A stretch of 61,946 bases of DNA, filler included, from Bipalium vagum (taxonomy: Eukaryota), in the NCBI GenBank assembly GCA_037834085.1. It is 3 parts of 3 records of this genome, joined end to end, with 100 filler letters (N's around TTAATTAATTAA, not from the genome) between each part and the next. Parts side by side here need not be neighbours in the genome. Positions count along the whole stretch, not along the records: positions 1 to 24,073 come from JBBMKC010203490.1; 2 more parts are not named here. The stretch is one strand, 5' to 3'. The position numbers were made by a program, and so were the translations under genes. Under the pieces are notes generated by a model that had not been told where the DNA came from, searched no databases, and worked only from the letters and a program-made list of their open reading frames with translations. The stretch's first letter is position 1; each line of letters starts with the position of its first letter. This document shows positions 1 to 11,377 of this stretch, in pieces.

Positions 1-59
1 TTCTTTAGTTATTTATTTTTTTATTGATAAATTTTGATTAATGATTTAATAATAATTTG

Positions 60-171
60 TAGAGAAATCTAAATATGACAGGTAAGGAATTATTGCCAGA
101 AAAACGGGCACAAATCATAAATGCTTTTTTCTAGAATTTTAAGAGTGGCCAAAGACTTTTGGCGGGGATTG
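60..171 (+). mobile_element. Tc1-like deletion remnant
   Basis: MTGKELLPEKRAQII resembles a Tc1 transposase N-terminus. It is followed by a TIR-like end ggccaaagacttttggcggggattg|TA. Confidence 0.4.
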
Positions 172-3100
172 TATATAGACATATATAGACAAATAATGCT
201 TATCCCAATAGGGTCTTATTTTTAAATCCTAGCGCATGTATACAAAATGGTTTATATTTCTTTTATTGATACATAAGTCAAGAAGTGAAATAATGATCTG
301 AAATTTCTCATTATAGCCAACACGGTCAGGGCAACAATTTTCTCTCAATACAATTCCAGGAACCAAACTTTTAACTTGTATAAATTTTACACAATTTCCC
401 CACTCTTCTTTACTTATTTTTAATAATTTTCTAATTTCAACTTTATTATTCTCAGATTCTGTTAATTTGTGAAGCTACACTTAATAAAAGTTTTATTACG
501 ATATTTGTGGTTAAAAGAATATTTTAATTCATTGTTTAGCCAAAACTTTTCCCAAGATGCTTTGTCCAGGAAAATTAAATATTTAAAATTAATAAAATTA
601 ATTACATTTAAAAATGATTTACACCGATTTTAATTTTTAAAATGTGTGACTTAAATTTAAAGTATTTTTATTTAATAAAATAATAAATAATAATTTTATA
701 AAATAAAATTTGTTACTAATATAACTCAATAATGTAACTTGCACTCGTCTACGAGTGACTCCTCACTTTACTAAAGTTGTGCTCGTAACTAGGTTAACCT
801 CAGCTTGAATCAAAATCTTCACAATAAAATGATGACGGAGTTTAGTTTATTATTATCAATTTTCCATCAAAGTCCCGACACTGAGACTCTAATGTATCGT
901 GCAAAATTTAATATTATTCCCTTTTTAAAAATATATTAATTGTTGTATTATTATTATTATTTTTATTATTATTATTATTATTATTATATGCCTTGAGCCA
1001 CCTCAACAAATTTTATAATTATTAAAAATATTTCCCTTTTTAAAAATATTGAAATTAATTTTCTTCAAGATATTTATCATATTTCACAAATAAAATATTA
1101 TGACTACTCTTGGTTTTAATATCAGCTTTAAGGCTTATTTTTTCATTTCATGAAAATTCAAAATTAATAAAATCCATATTTTTATAACCTGAAATTGGCA
1201 CGACTAAAAAAGGTAATATTTCAAATATATAAATAACATTATGGTTTGATGTGATATCGTTAGTGAAGCATTTTTTAATAGTAAAAATTAATATTATCTT
1301 TGATTTTCCAATAAATACTGTTAGAAGATGACATACAATTACCGAAACAGCAAATTTTTCAATTTATGATTCTGTGATTATAAAAATATATTTATGAAAT
1401 AAATTTTAGAATAATTGATGATAAGGATGGAATAATTAATTTAAATGGGAAACATATTTTTTTGTATTATTTACTTGAAACAGGTTTGAAAGTCTTTAAA
1501 ATTTTTATAATTTTTGTATGAGAGTTTAAAGGAAAAAGGATAAGAAATCAAGTCAACTCAACTCAGTCATCAATCCAGTGAAACATTAAAATCGTTTAAT
1601 ACATTTATTTTATGATTTAATGCTTTATATCTGTTGGGATAGCCAAGGACACATCCCTGTTAACCCTGATAAAGATTATATTATAAAGATCGCAAAAGGG
1701 TCTAGATTATTTATAATTATTATTCATACATTATTAAGGGTCAGAAGTGAAATAATAATTATTATTATAATTATAATTAATTAAAAAGTACAAACTTAAT
1801 TTTAAAAATTTATTTATTATTTTCCAAAAGGATCTAATCTTGGTAACGGTGAAGCTAAATTTCCAAGATTAGACCAGGGTCTGCAAGCAGGGACCTATTT
1901 AGGAATAAAGATCTAAAAATGAAATTGACATTCCCCATTAATTAACCTTGTCTACGTTTGATAAGTCGTCTGATCAGAATAGTATTTATGGAGTTTGAAT
2001 CCGCATTGAATTGCCACAACAAGAGATCTTGACCTAATTTTATTTTGAAGAAATTTGTCGGAAGAAACATCTTATCTTAGAAGAAATTTGTAATCATTTA
2101 TTTTACGCCATTAACTTTGTGATAGGAGCTTACGATGAGTCCTGTACTGTTAGGGGGTTTCTGTGCGAACCGGGTTTGGGTCAGCAAAACAACCTTTAGA
2201 CCCGTCGTCGACAGAATTGGTAAGGTTATCGTTGTTTTTCTTTGTTTTTTTAATAATTTAATTGATTAATTAAATTAAAATTTTAATAAAATTGTTTAAT
2301 TGATTATTATTCTTTATTAAGACATCTGACTTTTAGTTTGATCGATTATTGAAACATTTGATCGTGTGATTGTAAACATTTTATTGACAATTCGATTTTA
2401 TTATTCTTTAGTGAGGCATTGTGGTTGTAACTTTGATAATAAAGTCTTATTTGTAGTGGTTTCGATTCATTTATTTGCACACACGTTTTGACAAAAGTGA
2501 AGAGGTCAGTAAACTTTACGACCTAAGTGTTAAAACAAGGTTCATAGTAATTTAAAAGCGTAACATATCAAGCACAAAGTGTACCAAACTGGTATCATCA
2601 ATTGTTCTAGTTTATAATTTTTGTTGAAAAGGAAGTATACCCTGACCATCCAAATTTCAGAACGAATACCCATTCTAAAAGAGAGCTCCATGGCCTCAAT
2701 CTATTCATTAGCCACCTCGAAGTAACTGACTCAATATCAACATCAATATTATCCAAAGGAATCGTGCCTCTGCAGGAATTATTGGAAAATGTGGAAAAAC
2801 TAAATTATCAGACTTGAGCCTCTTCTGCGCTAAATAGTTGATCTACAACAATATGTGGCCGAAATGGTAATCTAGAAAATCATTCATCATAGTGAATGAT
2901 TTGATAAGCAATATAAGATAAGCAAGAAAGAAAGCACAATCACAATGGAATCCTAATAAATCCAGATGTCGTACATACATAATTGTATATATGTAATAAA
3001 CATGTTAATTCCTAGACAACCATCAGCCTTCAAAATCAAGCCAGTCTCGACTTGAGCATCTAGCTTTGAGTCACTGGTATTTACTGGAAATTTATCTACA

Positions 3101-3433
3101 TATTAATTATATTTAAATATAAATAAATAAAAATATTAATCTCTTTACAGAAATATTTCTGCTTAAATAACTTCTCTTAAAGTTAAGCGCTCTTGCAGAT
3201 ATTTTTTAATTTTCAGTTACCCATTACAATTAGAAAACAAAAGCTCTATTGCAATATTAATATTTAAAAAGTAATGAATAGCTATCAATATATCTCCACT
3301 GGTACACAGGTACATCCACAAAGCACAAAACATTTACATATATTGTCATAGAAATCTATAAGAATGAAAGTAGAGACTTTCACAAATCAAGTGAAACTGA
3401 GCTTTAGGATTCAATAAAATTATCCAATAAATA

Positions 3434-5233
3434 TTACTTGTCAACTGAAACGGTTACTTTTTGATTTATACCCGTAAATCTTGACGAACTAGACTGTTGT
3501 GGACCAACAGAAAAGCATGACCATTTTCCACACAATCTTCGAGCCAGCAGTCTAAGATGGTTTTCTGAGGCCTCTAAATCCACTTTTAACGGCTTTAAAA
3601 TTCTCTTCGGAATTTCAATTTGACCACCGTTGTTAGAATTTTTCCTCTTCTTTTCTATGTTAGCATTCCCATTTGCCAAATTCAGGCTTTGTCGACAAAT
3701 CATCAACCTTTCCAGATGGGTTTGGATCGCCTGACCCAAAATTTCAGGGTCTGGATCAGCACCGTATATTTCCCAGGTTTGACCGAATTCATCGAACTCA
3801 ATTTCTTTCGGCAGCAATGGTAATAATGCAAGACTCTCTGCATCATCGGGTGCCGAATTTTCATCATCAGTCTCCTTTGTCAACGATATTAAACAAGGAT
3901 TATCTGAATTTAAATTTTCTACTTTAATCCTTCCTCTTATCTCATTTTGAGACCCTACTAAACTGGATCTCCTGTCATATTCATAAGGACTATGAAATTC
4001 TATTTCCTCAGCGATGGCGCTGACTTTTCGGTTTATCATCATAACACCTTGCTCATCATCAAATGAGACTTGTTTCCTCATTAATTTTCTTTTACCGAAT
4101 CCAGGGCCCATTACTGATGACGATCCTGTGGGTGTCTTAGAGATATTAGTGGTGAGTTTCGTCTTTTCTTGCGTGGAATTATTAGAATTCATTGCCAGAG
4201 TCGCCTCTTCTCTTTTAAAGTTGTTAATTATCGCCTTCAAGTCTAGATCGCTACATATGATACCATTATCTTTATGATTGATATGCTCCATGGTATCATT
4301 TGTAGAACTATAAGACGTCATTGATCTCTGCAGTTTCTCTCGCTTAAAATATCTTCCAGAGCCAGCTGGAATGATATTTCTTAATGATTTTCTACTGTTA
4401 TTGTATGAACTTGGGAATGATGATTGGTCAATGGATTTACTTTTTATTAAATAGGTCTCTCTGTTCACCACTTGCGATGGCTTCACGTTCACATTGACAT
4501 TGGCTGACTGACAATTGGACAGGCTAGAATAACGGTAACGTTCTGAAAACAAAATGCTCGGCGACGGCCAGTCGTCCGGCTGGACAGACTGGACGACCAC
4601 TCGACGGAATTTATCTTTCATTGATTTTACTCTTGTTAAAATCACCGACGACGAGCTGAACCATTTTCGATTTTCCAAATCATCGCTAATCTGCTGTCTT
4701 CCAGGCTGAATGGAAGAGTTCATGGAATTTTGCCGACTGAGAAGGTTGATGGACGCATACGATGTCTGTCGACCGCTGAATGAGATACCTGCTGAAGAAT
4801 GGTGTGAACGTGGAGAATCCGATTCTTTTGGCGATTTCTGTTGGGATGGAATCAAAAAATTACTTCCGGCGCAATTTTTGTTACTGCTCAACGAATAACC
4901 CGTGTCAGAAATGTTCGATTTGTTGGAATCAACTGAATGTCGTTTCATTAAACATCTTTCACTGCTCTGTCGTCGAATGGGGGATTTCTGGTGGTTTTGC
5001 GATTTCGCAAATTGCGTAGACCCGAACAGCTGAGAATTGTTGTGAGACGGACTGTTGGGAATGGAATAGTGATTGGCAGCAAACGATCTCTGGCGGCTGG
5101 TGTTGGCCAAACTAAATCCATTCCTTCCATAATCCAAGCTGCGTCTCTGTCGAAACCGATTGTTCGGTACTGGTAGATCAAAGCAGATATTGTTCAGTGA
5201 TTTGTTTGTGTTATCATATCCAAAAATAGACAT
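3434..5233 (-). CDS. GRIN_C-domain protein (GPRIN / G-protein-regulated inducer of neurite outgrowth-like), single coding exon, 599 aa
   Basis: Long intronless ORF, mostly Ser/Arg/Asn-rich and predicted disordered. The C-terminal motif KEIEFDEFGQTWEIYGADPDPEILGQAIQTHLER (~3707-3808) matches the GPRIN C-terminal signature V.WDE.G.TWEVYGA....E.LG.AIQKHLE, followed by a Cys-containing tail (LCGKWSCF). Confidence 0.8.
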   Translation of the reverse strand: MSIFGYDNTNKSLNNICFDLPVPNNRFRQRRSLDYGRNGFSLANTSRQRSFAANHYSIPNSPSHNNSQLFGSTQFAKSQNHQKSPIRRQSSERCLMKRHSVDSNKSNISDTGYSLSSNKNCAGSNFLIPSQQKSPKESDSPRSHHSSAGISFSGRQTSYASINLLSRQNSMNSSIQPGRQQISDDLENRKWFSSSSVILTRVKSMKDKFRRVVVQSVQPDDWPSPSILFSERYRYSSLSNCQSANVNVNVKPSQVVNRETYLIKSKSIDQSSFPSSYNNSRKSLRNIIPAGSGRYFKREKLQRSMTSYSSTNDTMEHINHKDNGIICSDLDLKAIINNFKREEATLAMNSNNSTQEKTKLTTNISKTPTGSSSVMGPGFGKRKLMRKQVSFDDEQGVMMINRKVSAIAEEIEFHSPYEYDRRSSLVGSQNEIRGRIKVENLNSDNPCLISLTKETDDENSAPDDAESLALLPLLPKEIEFDEFGQTWEIYGADPDPEILGQAIQTHLERLMICRQSLNLANGNANIEKKRKNSNNGGQIEIPKRILKPLKVDLEASENHLRLLARRLCGKWSCFSVGPQQSSSSRFTGINQKVTVSVDK

Positions 5234-6640
5234 TGGATACGGAATGATGCTTCCAAAATTGTAATTGATTTCTCAATTTTCAAATTCGACCATCGCGTTG
5301 AAGCAAAAGTATTTCTGTCTGCTCATCATATGACTACTGTATGATTTTTACCTTGAATTTTAATATCCATTTCAGGGACAAAATCAAAAGCCTAAAAGGA
5401 TAGAAAATCTACATTGTTGGGCATGTTACACTGAATTTTCCATCTTTGAGGAATGAAAATTTTATCTCTCTCATTATATTTGTTCACTTCCTTGTAATCT
5501 CAAATATTTGCTTATAGAGAATATAAAAACTGTCACAATTTTTCCATACACAACATTTATCTGTGTGTTATAATTTCACTGGAATTTTTATTTAATTTCG
5601 TTAAGATGAATANNNNNNNNNNNNNNNNNNNNNNNNNNNNNNNNNNNNNNNNNNNNNNNNNNNNNNNNNNNNNNNNNNNNNNNNNNNNNNNNNNNNNNNN
5701 NNNNNNNNNNNNNNNNNNNNNNNNNNNNNNNNNNNNNNNNNNNNNNNTTTTATTTAAAACCCAAAATATATTGATAAAATTAAGCAATTGGCTTAATTAA
5801 AGAAAAATAATTTAAAAAGACTGTAATTGTTTCAGTCATCACTTTGACTTTTCTCCTTTTACCAAATTTCCATTAAGGATTTCAAAATCTTTCTAACTAT
5901 GTATGTGGTATCATTGAATTCTTCGATTAATTACTTTCTCATGATTTTTATATAATCAACATATCGGGGTCTGGAATCTTTTGCCTTTTATATACAAAAT
6001 AAATCAATTTATTGAATTTTCTGTGTAACTATCTTTATCCTTGTTATTCGTATCTTCGTCAAATTTTCATCATTCATAAATTCGTTTCATCGATATTTTT
6101 CACTTATTTATTCCAGAAAACCCTTATAATAATTGAGCAGCATTCCAGATGTAAATCTAACCGGGTTGTTAAGTCTAATAAACATTGACCATTGTTATAC
6201 CTAAAATAAATAATGTGTATGTCCATGGAAAAATGATTTTTCTTCCCATCATGTTCTTTGCATTAGAAATTAAAAATTTTACCTTAATTGCTCTTCTAAA
6301 TTCTTAGCTGCACGTATAAACATAAGTGATAACTGATTTTGCAGTTCTACAAATCTGTGAGTTCCAGAAAGGTTGATGTTTATTTACTTACCAGATTTAC
6401 TTTACTTAACGATCATCGCCACGGATATGCACGAACTTCATTATATTGAGAAGCTCATCATGACTGTGAAAATTTGCGTTAAATTATATCTTAGAATGGT
6501 TGTAAATAAAGATGGCAAAGATTTGATAGTGGAATCATAAATTTATTCACCATAAACAAAAATCATTGGAAATTTTCCGATATTTCTCAAAATGACCTTT
6601 GTTTAATAAATGCTCTTATACAAAAGTATATATATTCAAG

Positions 6641-6740
6641 TACCCTAATGTTCCGTGTATATCGCGCGCATTATACAAAGAAAAAAGACAATATTTTTAC
6701 AAAAAAACACGCTGCGCTTTATACAAGGAACTTTAAGGTA
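6641..6740. mobile_element. ~100-bp degenerate MITE (Tc1/mariner-pogo type)
   Basis: Imperfect TIRs: TACCCTAATGTTCCGTGTATATCGCGC versus the reverse complement of the right end TACCTTAAAGTTCCTTGTATAAAGCGC. Both ends are TA. Confidence 0.5.
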
Positions 6741-7129
6741 TATATTTTTACCCTGATTTTTATGACCTAAAATTTTCTTGTTAGAACAAGAGATTTTTCC
6801 TATGTTCTTAAAAAATTAATTTCAAGTTTTATTATTTCCATACTTTGGTATAACCTAATCATAATATTATTTTATAAATATTCATTTTTATAATATTATG
6901 AATATAATAAATAATTATTTAATATCAGCTCGATCTCAATTGTACCCAAAAGTAATCGGTTACATTACCGACTATATTTCTTCATAATTTTAACTCTTTT
7001 ATAACATGTGACAATTAAAAATTCTGATACAAAACAAAATCAAAAATTCATTTTTCTCTAACAATATTTCAAAAATTTATTTTCAACATAGAAGACAATG
7101 TCCTTTTAAATTAAAAAAACATTTATCAT

Positions 7130-7900
7130 TCTATGGCGCCGTACAGCATCGACTCTAATGAATGTAGAATTCGCTGGATTGAGTACGCGTTCATGACCAA
7201 GTTTCTTCAATAAATTTTCAATTCTTCTCAGAAGCTGATCAAGATTTTCGGCACACAAGCCTTTATCGCAAACTTGGCGTTTTAATTCAGATCAAAAGTC
7301 CTCGATCGGTTGCAGTTCAATTTTTTCAATTTACTTATGCATTTGGTGATATATCATTTTGTATTGATTGTCTGACCTGACGGAACAAAGTAATTCAAAC
7401 CAGTAATTTTGACTCAAATTTTTCAATTCTCTTTAGTTTTATTTTGCTAGGCGTTTCTTCGATATTTGATGTATTAAATCCAGAATTAGCAGCCAGATCG
7501 TTGTTTGACAAAAGAAAATATGACATCATCCAAAAATAATAATTTTTTCACGAAAAAGGTTAACCAACTGGCGAATTTTTGACAATCTAAAGCCTGTTGA
7601 GCTGATGTGCGATTTTTTTTCTTTTTTCTTTTTCTTTTACCTTTTTTTCATATATCGAATACCCGTCTTTTCTTTTAAAAATTTGGCATACATACTGTTG
7701 GGTAACATTGAATATTAAAGCCAGTTTTCTTTGCGAAGTACCATGAGTATGATCTATCATTTTTTTCAGGCTCTGTACCGATTTTGGAGGCATTTTATAG
7801 CAATACTACTACTTTCAGTCTTTTGTTCTGCATTTATGTTATCCTCATCTCTTCGAAGAATTTGATAGTGTATATTTTGCAATTCTCTACAAAAAGAGAC
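7130..7900 (-). mobile_element. degenerate IS630-Tc1-mariner transposase relic
   Basis: HTH-like SQRKLALIFNVTQQYVCQI (7587-7793) and C-terminal catalytic-region remnant ELQPIEDF*SELKRQV..G...NLDQLLRRI (~7200-7320), with stops and frameshifts. Confidence 0.65.
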
Positions 7901-7968
7901 CAAATTTTTAAAAATATTGATTCTTAGTTTAAAATTGATTTGAATTTTTAATTGTCAGATGCTAGTTA

Positions 7969-8457
7969 CAGTCAAATCTCGTTACTATGCCACGCCGCTA
8001 TTATGCCACTCTCGCTATTATGCCACTTTTCTACGTTCCCGACAAAATTTACTACAAAATAAATTTATTATGCCACCCCTTGCGACTGGTGGATCATTTA
8101 CGTTAGAAGAGATTGCGGAGGAGGTGCTGTGCAGCGAGGAACCGGTGGAAGAATAATAATAAAGTAATAACTGTCGAGGAGGAAGTTGTTCCTTTCGAGG
8201 AAGCCCAGCGCGCATGGATAATTGTTCGAAAGTTTATGCAACAGAACAGCGGTAAAACTGATGTTATGTTAGCGTGCGATAGGTTAGATAACGAGATAAA
8301 CAGAATTCGCCAAAAGAAAATGCGCCAGCCGACGATTTTTGAAGTCTTTGGATTAGCTGATAGTAACTTTAAAAAATAAAGTCTTTTTTTACAAACCCTC
8401 GCTACTATGCCACTCTCGCTCGGTCCCAACGGGTGGCATAGTAACGAGATTTTACTG
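7969..8457 (+). mobile_element. pogo/Tigger-type non-autonomous element (489 bp)
   Basis: 25-bp TIRs CAGT(C/A)AAATCTCGTTACTATGCCAC with TA on both flanks and subterminal CTA(T/C)TATGCCAC repeats. The interior is an acidic transposase C-terminal remnant (TLEEIAEEV...KKMRQPTIFEVF). Confidence 0.85.
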
Positions 8458-9228
8458 TATAATTAGACTCGTGAATCCTTATTTTTCTTTTATTAAGTTA
8501 AGTGTTTCTTGTTGAATTTCTCTTCCTTATACTAATATTTTGATTTCATATAATAATAATAAATATATAATTGTTTTTTTCTGGTGGATCCCAACAATAT
8601 TATTAAAATGAAAATAATATTGAGTTAAAATGTTTTAAATTAGCAGAATAACCAAAATAAAGAAAAGACGTGGACAGAATTTTTAGAACTATTTTTAATA
8701 ATTTCTAAATATAAAGAAAAAATAATATCAGAATATACTAATAACTAATTATATAAGAAAATCACCAAAATTAAGATAACTGAATATTCTTAGTTTAAAA
8801 TAAAAATGACTTTAAAATTGGTAAATTAAATACATTTAAGAGTTGATTCAACTTTTTATTGTAAAAATACTTCCGGTAAGTTGTGCAACCCACAACTGTT
8901 ATAATTAATACCAATTGTAACAAACATTGAAATTAACTAATATTTAATTACTTAAGATTACCTAATATTTCGAACGTTCTACTACGATAAGTTGTTCTCA
9001 TGGTGCTTATCAATTGAATAATTATGTACACTTAAGTTTAACAACACCTTGTTTATTACCAAATAAACCTTAATTAACTAATTAGACAACCTTTAACATA
9101 TTTTAGTTGGGCTGTAATAAAAAAACTAAAAAATTTGAAAGACCGTAAAAATACAATTATCCTAAAATGGATATATTAAAAAAAACATTTATTTACAGTT
9201 CAAAAGCTTCTGAAATGGAAATTATGCA

Positions 9229-11260
9229 TTACAACTCCGTCTTGGCATCGTCTTTCTTCTCATCAGGTTGTGGTGGTGGAGCTCCTCCTTGCTGATAAAG
9301 TTTGGTCATTATAGGAGTAACAACATCTTCCAGCTTCTTTTTCTGGGCTTTCAGCTCTTCAGTGTCTGCCTGCTGGTTCTTCTCTAACCAACTTATTGAT
9401 TCCTCAGTCGCCTTCAACACGGTATCCTTGTCAGAGGGACTCAACTTTCCACCTAACTTTTCTTTGTCGTTGATTTGAGTTTTAAGCGAATACGCATAGC
9501 CCTCTAAATCATTCTTGGCCTCAACTTTTTCCTTCACCTTTTTGTCCTGGTCTGCATAGGTTTCTGCGTCCTTGATCATTTTCTCAATGTCCTCCGTGTT
9601 CAATCTGTTTTGATCCTTTTGAATAATGATCTTGTTCTTGTTACCAGTTCCTTTGTCCTCAGCCGACACCTTAAGAATACCGTTGACATCAATCTCGAAA
9701 GTAACCTCGATCTGTGGAACACCACGTGGTGCAGCTGGAATTCCAGTGAGATCAAACTTTCCTAAGAAATGGTTGTCTTTTGTCATTGGTCTTTCACCTT
9801 CGAACACTTGAATAGTAACGGTCGGTTGATTATCGGCTGCGGTGGAGAAAACTTGAGATTTTTTAGTAGGGATGACAGTGTTTCTTGGAATTAATTTTGT
9901 CATTACACCACCAACGGTCTCAATACCTAAAGTCAATGGACAGACGTCCAAAAGAACGATATCTCCAGTTTCTTCGACTCCACCGATAACACCAGCTTGT
10001 ACAGCAGCTCCGAACGCAACTGCTTCATCGGGATTGATTCCGCGACTCGGTTCTTTGCCGTTGAAAAACTCCTTCACCAATTGTTGGACTTTGGGAATTC
10101 TAGTGGAACCTCCAACCAAAACGATTTCATTGATGTCTTCCTTCTTCATTTCAGCGTCCTGTAAAACTTTCTCAACAGGTTTCATTGTAGATCTGAACAA
10201 ATCCATATTCAGTTCTTCGAAACGAGCACGGGTCAATGTTTCCGAGAAATCCTCTCCATCAAAGAATGATTCGATCTCTATTCTAGCACTGTGAGCATTA
10301 CTGAGAGCACGTTTGGCCTTCTCCACCTCTCTTCTCAATTTCTGAACGGCACGTTTGTCTTCACTAATGTCCTTTCCTTTCTTCTTTTTGTACAATTTAA
10401 TAAAGTAGCTCATCACTCTCTGGTCGAAATCTTCACCTCCCAAATGGGTATCACCGTTTGTTGCAATCACCTCGAATACTCCGTTATCAATCGTCAAGAG
10501 TGAAACATCAAACGTTCCTCCTCCAAGATCGAACACAAGAATATTTTTCTCGCCTCCCTTTTTATCCAATCCATAGGCAATGGCAGCTGCTGTTGGCTCA
10601 TTGATGATTCTCAAAACGTTCAGACCGGCAATTATTCCTGCATCACTAGTTGCCTGTCTTTGTGCATCGTTGAAATAAGCAGGCACTGTCACAACGGCGT
10701 GGGTCACCTTCTTACCAAGGTATGCTTCAGCGATTGTTTTCATTTTACCCAACACCATAGCTGAAATTTCTTCCGGTGCAAATGTTTTCAATTCACTTCC
10801 AACTTGTACTTCTACGCTGGGTTTGTTGTTCTTGTTGATCACTTTAAATGGGAAATGTTTGATATCGTCTTGAACTGTTTTATCGTCGTAATTTCTGCCG
10901 ATAATTCTTTTTACATCAAAAATTGTATTTTCTGGATTAGTAGTTAACTGATTTTTGGCAGCATCTCCAATTAAACGTTCTCCTTCATTGGTAAATGCAA
11001 CATAAGACGGAGTAATTCGATTTCCTTGATCGTTAGCAATTATTTCAACTCTACCTCCTTTAAAGACCCCAACACTACAATAGATTATTAATTAAATTAA
11101 TAATACAATTTATAAATTACCATGAATAAGTGGTTCCCAAATCGATACCGATTACAGTTCCGTAATCTTCTTTTTTAGACTTATCCTTCTTGTCTGACTC
11201 ACTTGCAGCATATATACTACAGAACAATATGGAAACGAGTAGTAACGTAAATATTTTCAT
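9229..11260 (-). CDS. HSPA5: BiP / GRP78, ER Hsp70 chaperone, 661 aa, 2 exons
   Basis: Exon 1 11260-11121 encodes a signal peptide ([18 protein letters not shown]) then [12 protein letters not shown] 46-nt GT-AG intron spans 11120-11075, and exon 2 is 11074-9229. Hsp70 signatures [12 protein letters not shown] and [14 protein letters not shown] are present. C-terminal ER-retrieval variant KTEL. Total 1986 nt, in frame. Confidence 0.97.
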
Positions 11261-11306
11261 ATTTGCGAATACGAAATAAGAATGTATTTTTAACTATAAA
11301 GAATGC

Positions 11307-11377
11307 TTTTATATGAATATTTACACGTATAATATAATAATTGTATGTTTTCTATAGTCGTGTTGAAATTTGATTGG
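11307..11377 (-). promoter_or_regulatory. BiP core promoter: ERSE-like element plus TATA box
   Basis: The minus strand reads CCAAT-CAAATTTCA(N9)-ACACG at 11377-11359 versus the ERSE consensus CCAAT-N9-CCACG (1 mismatch, exact spacing). A TACGTGT ACGT core lies at ~11323-11329 and TATAAAA at 11313-11307, ~50 nt upstream of the ATG. Confidence 0.7.

Noticed and set aside
3620-5181. Short ORFs overlapping the GPRIN-like CDS
   Set aside because: Shadow frames of a GC-richer coding region, with no motifs.
9626-10503. Plus-strand ORFs antisense to BiP
   Set aside because: Antisense open frames are a well-known by-product of Hsp70 codon usage, and these are fragmented.
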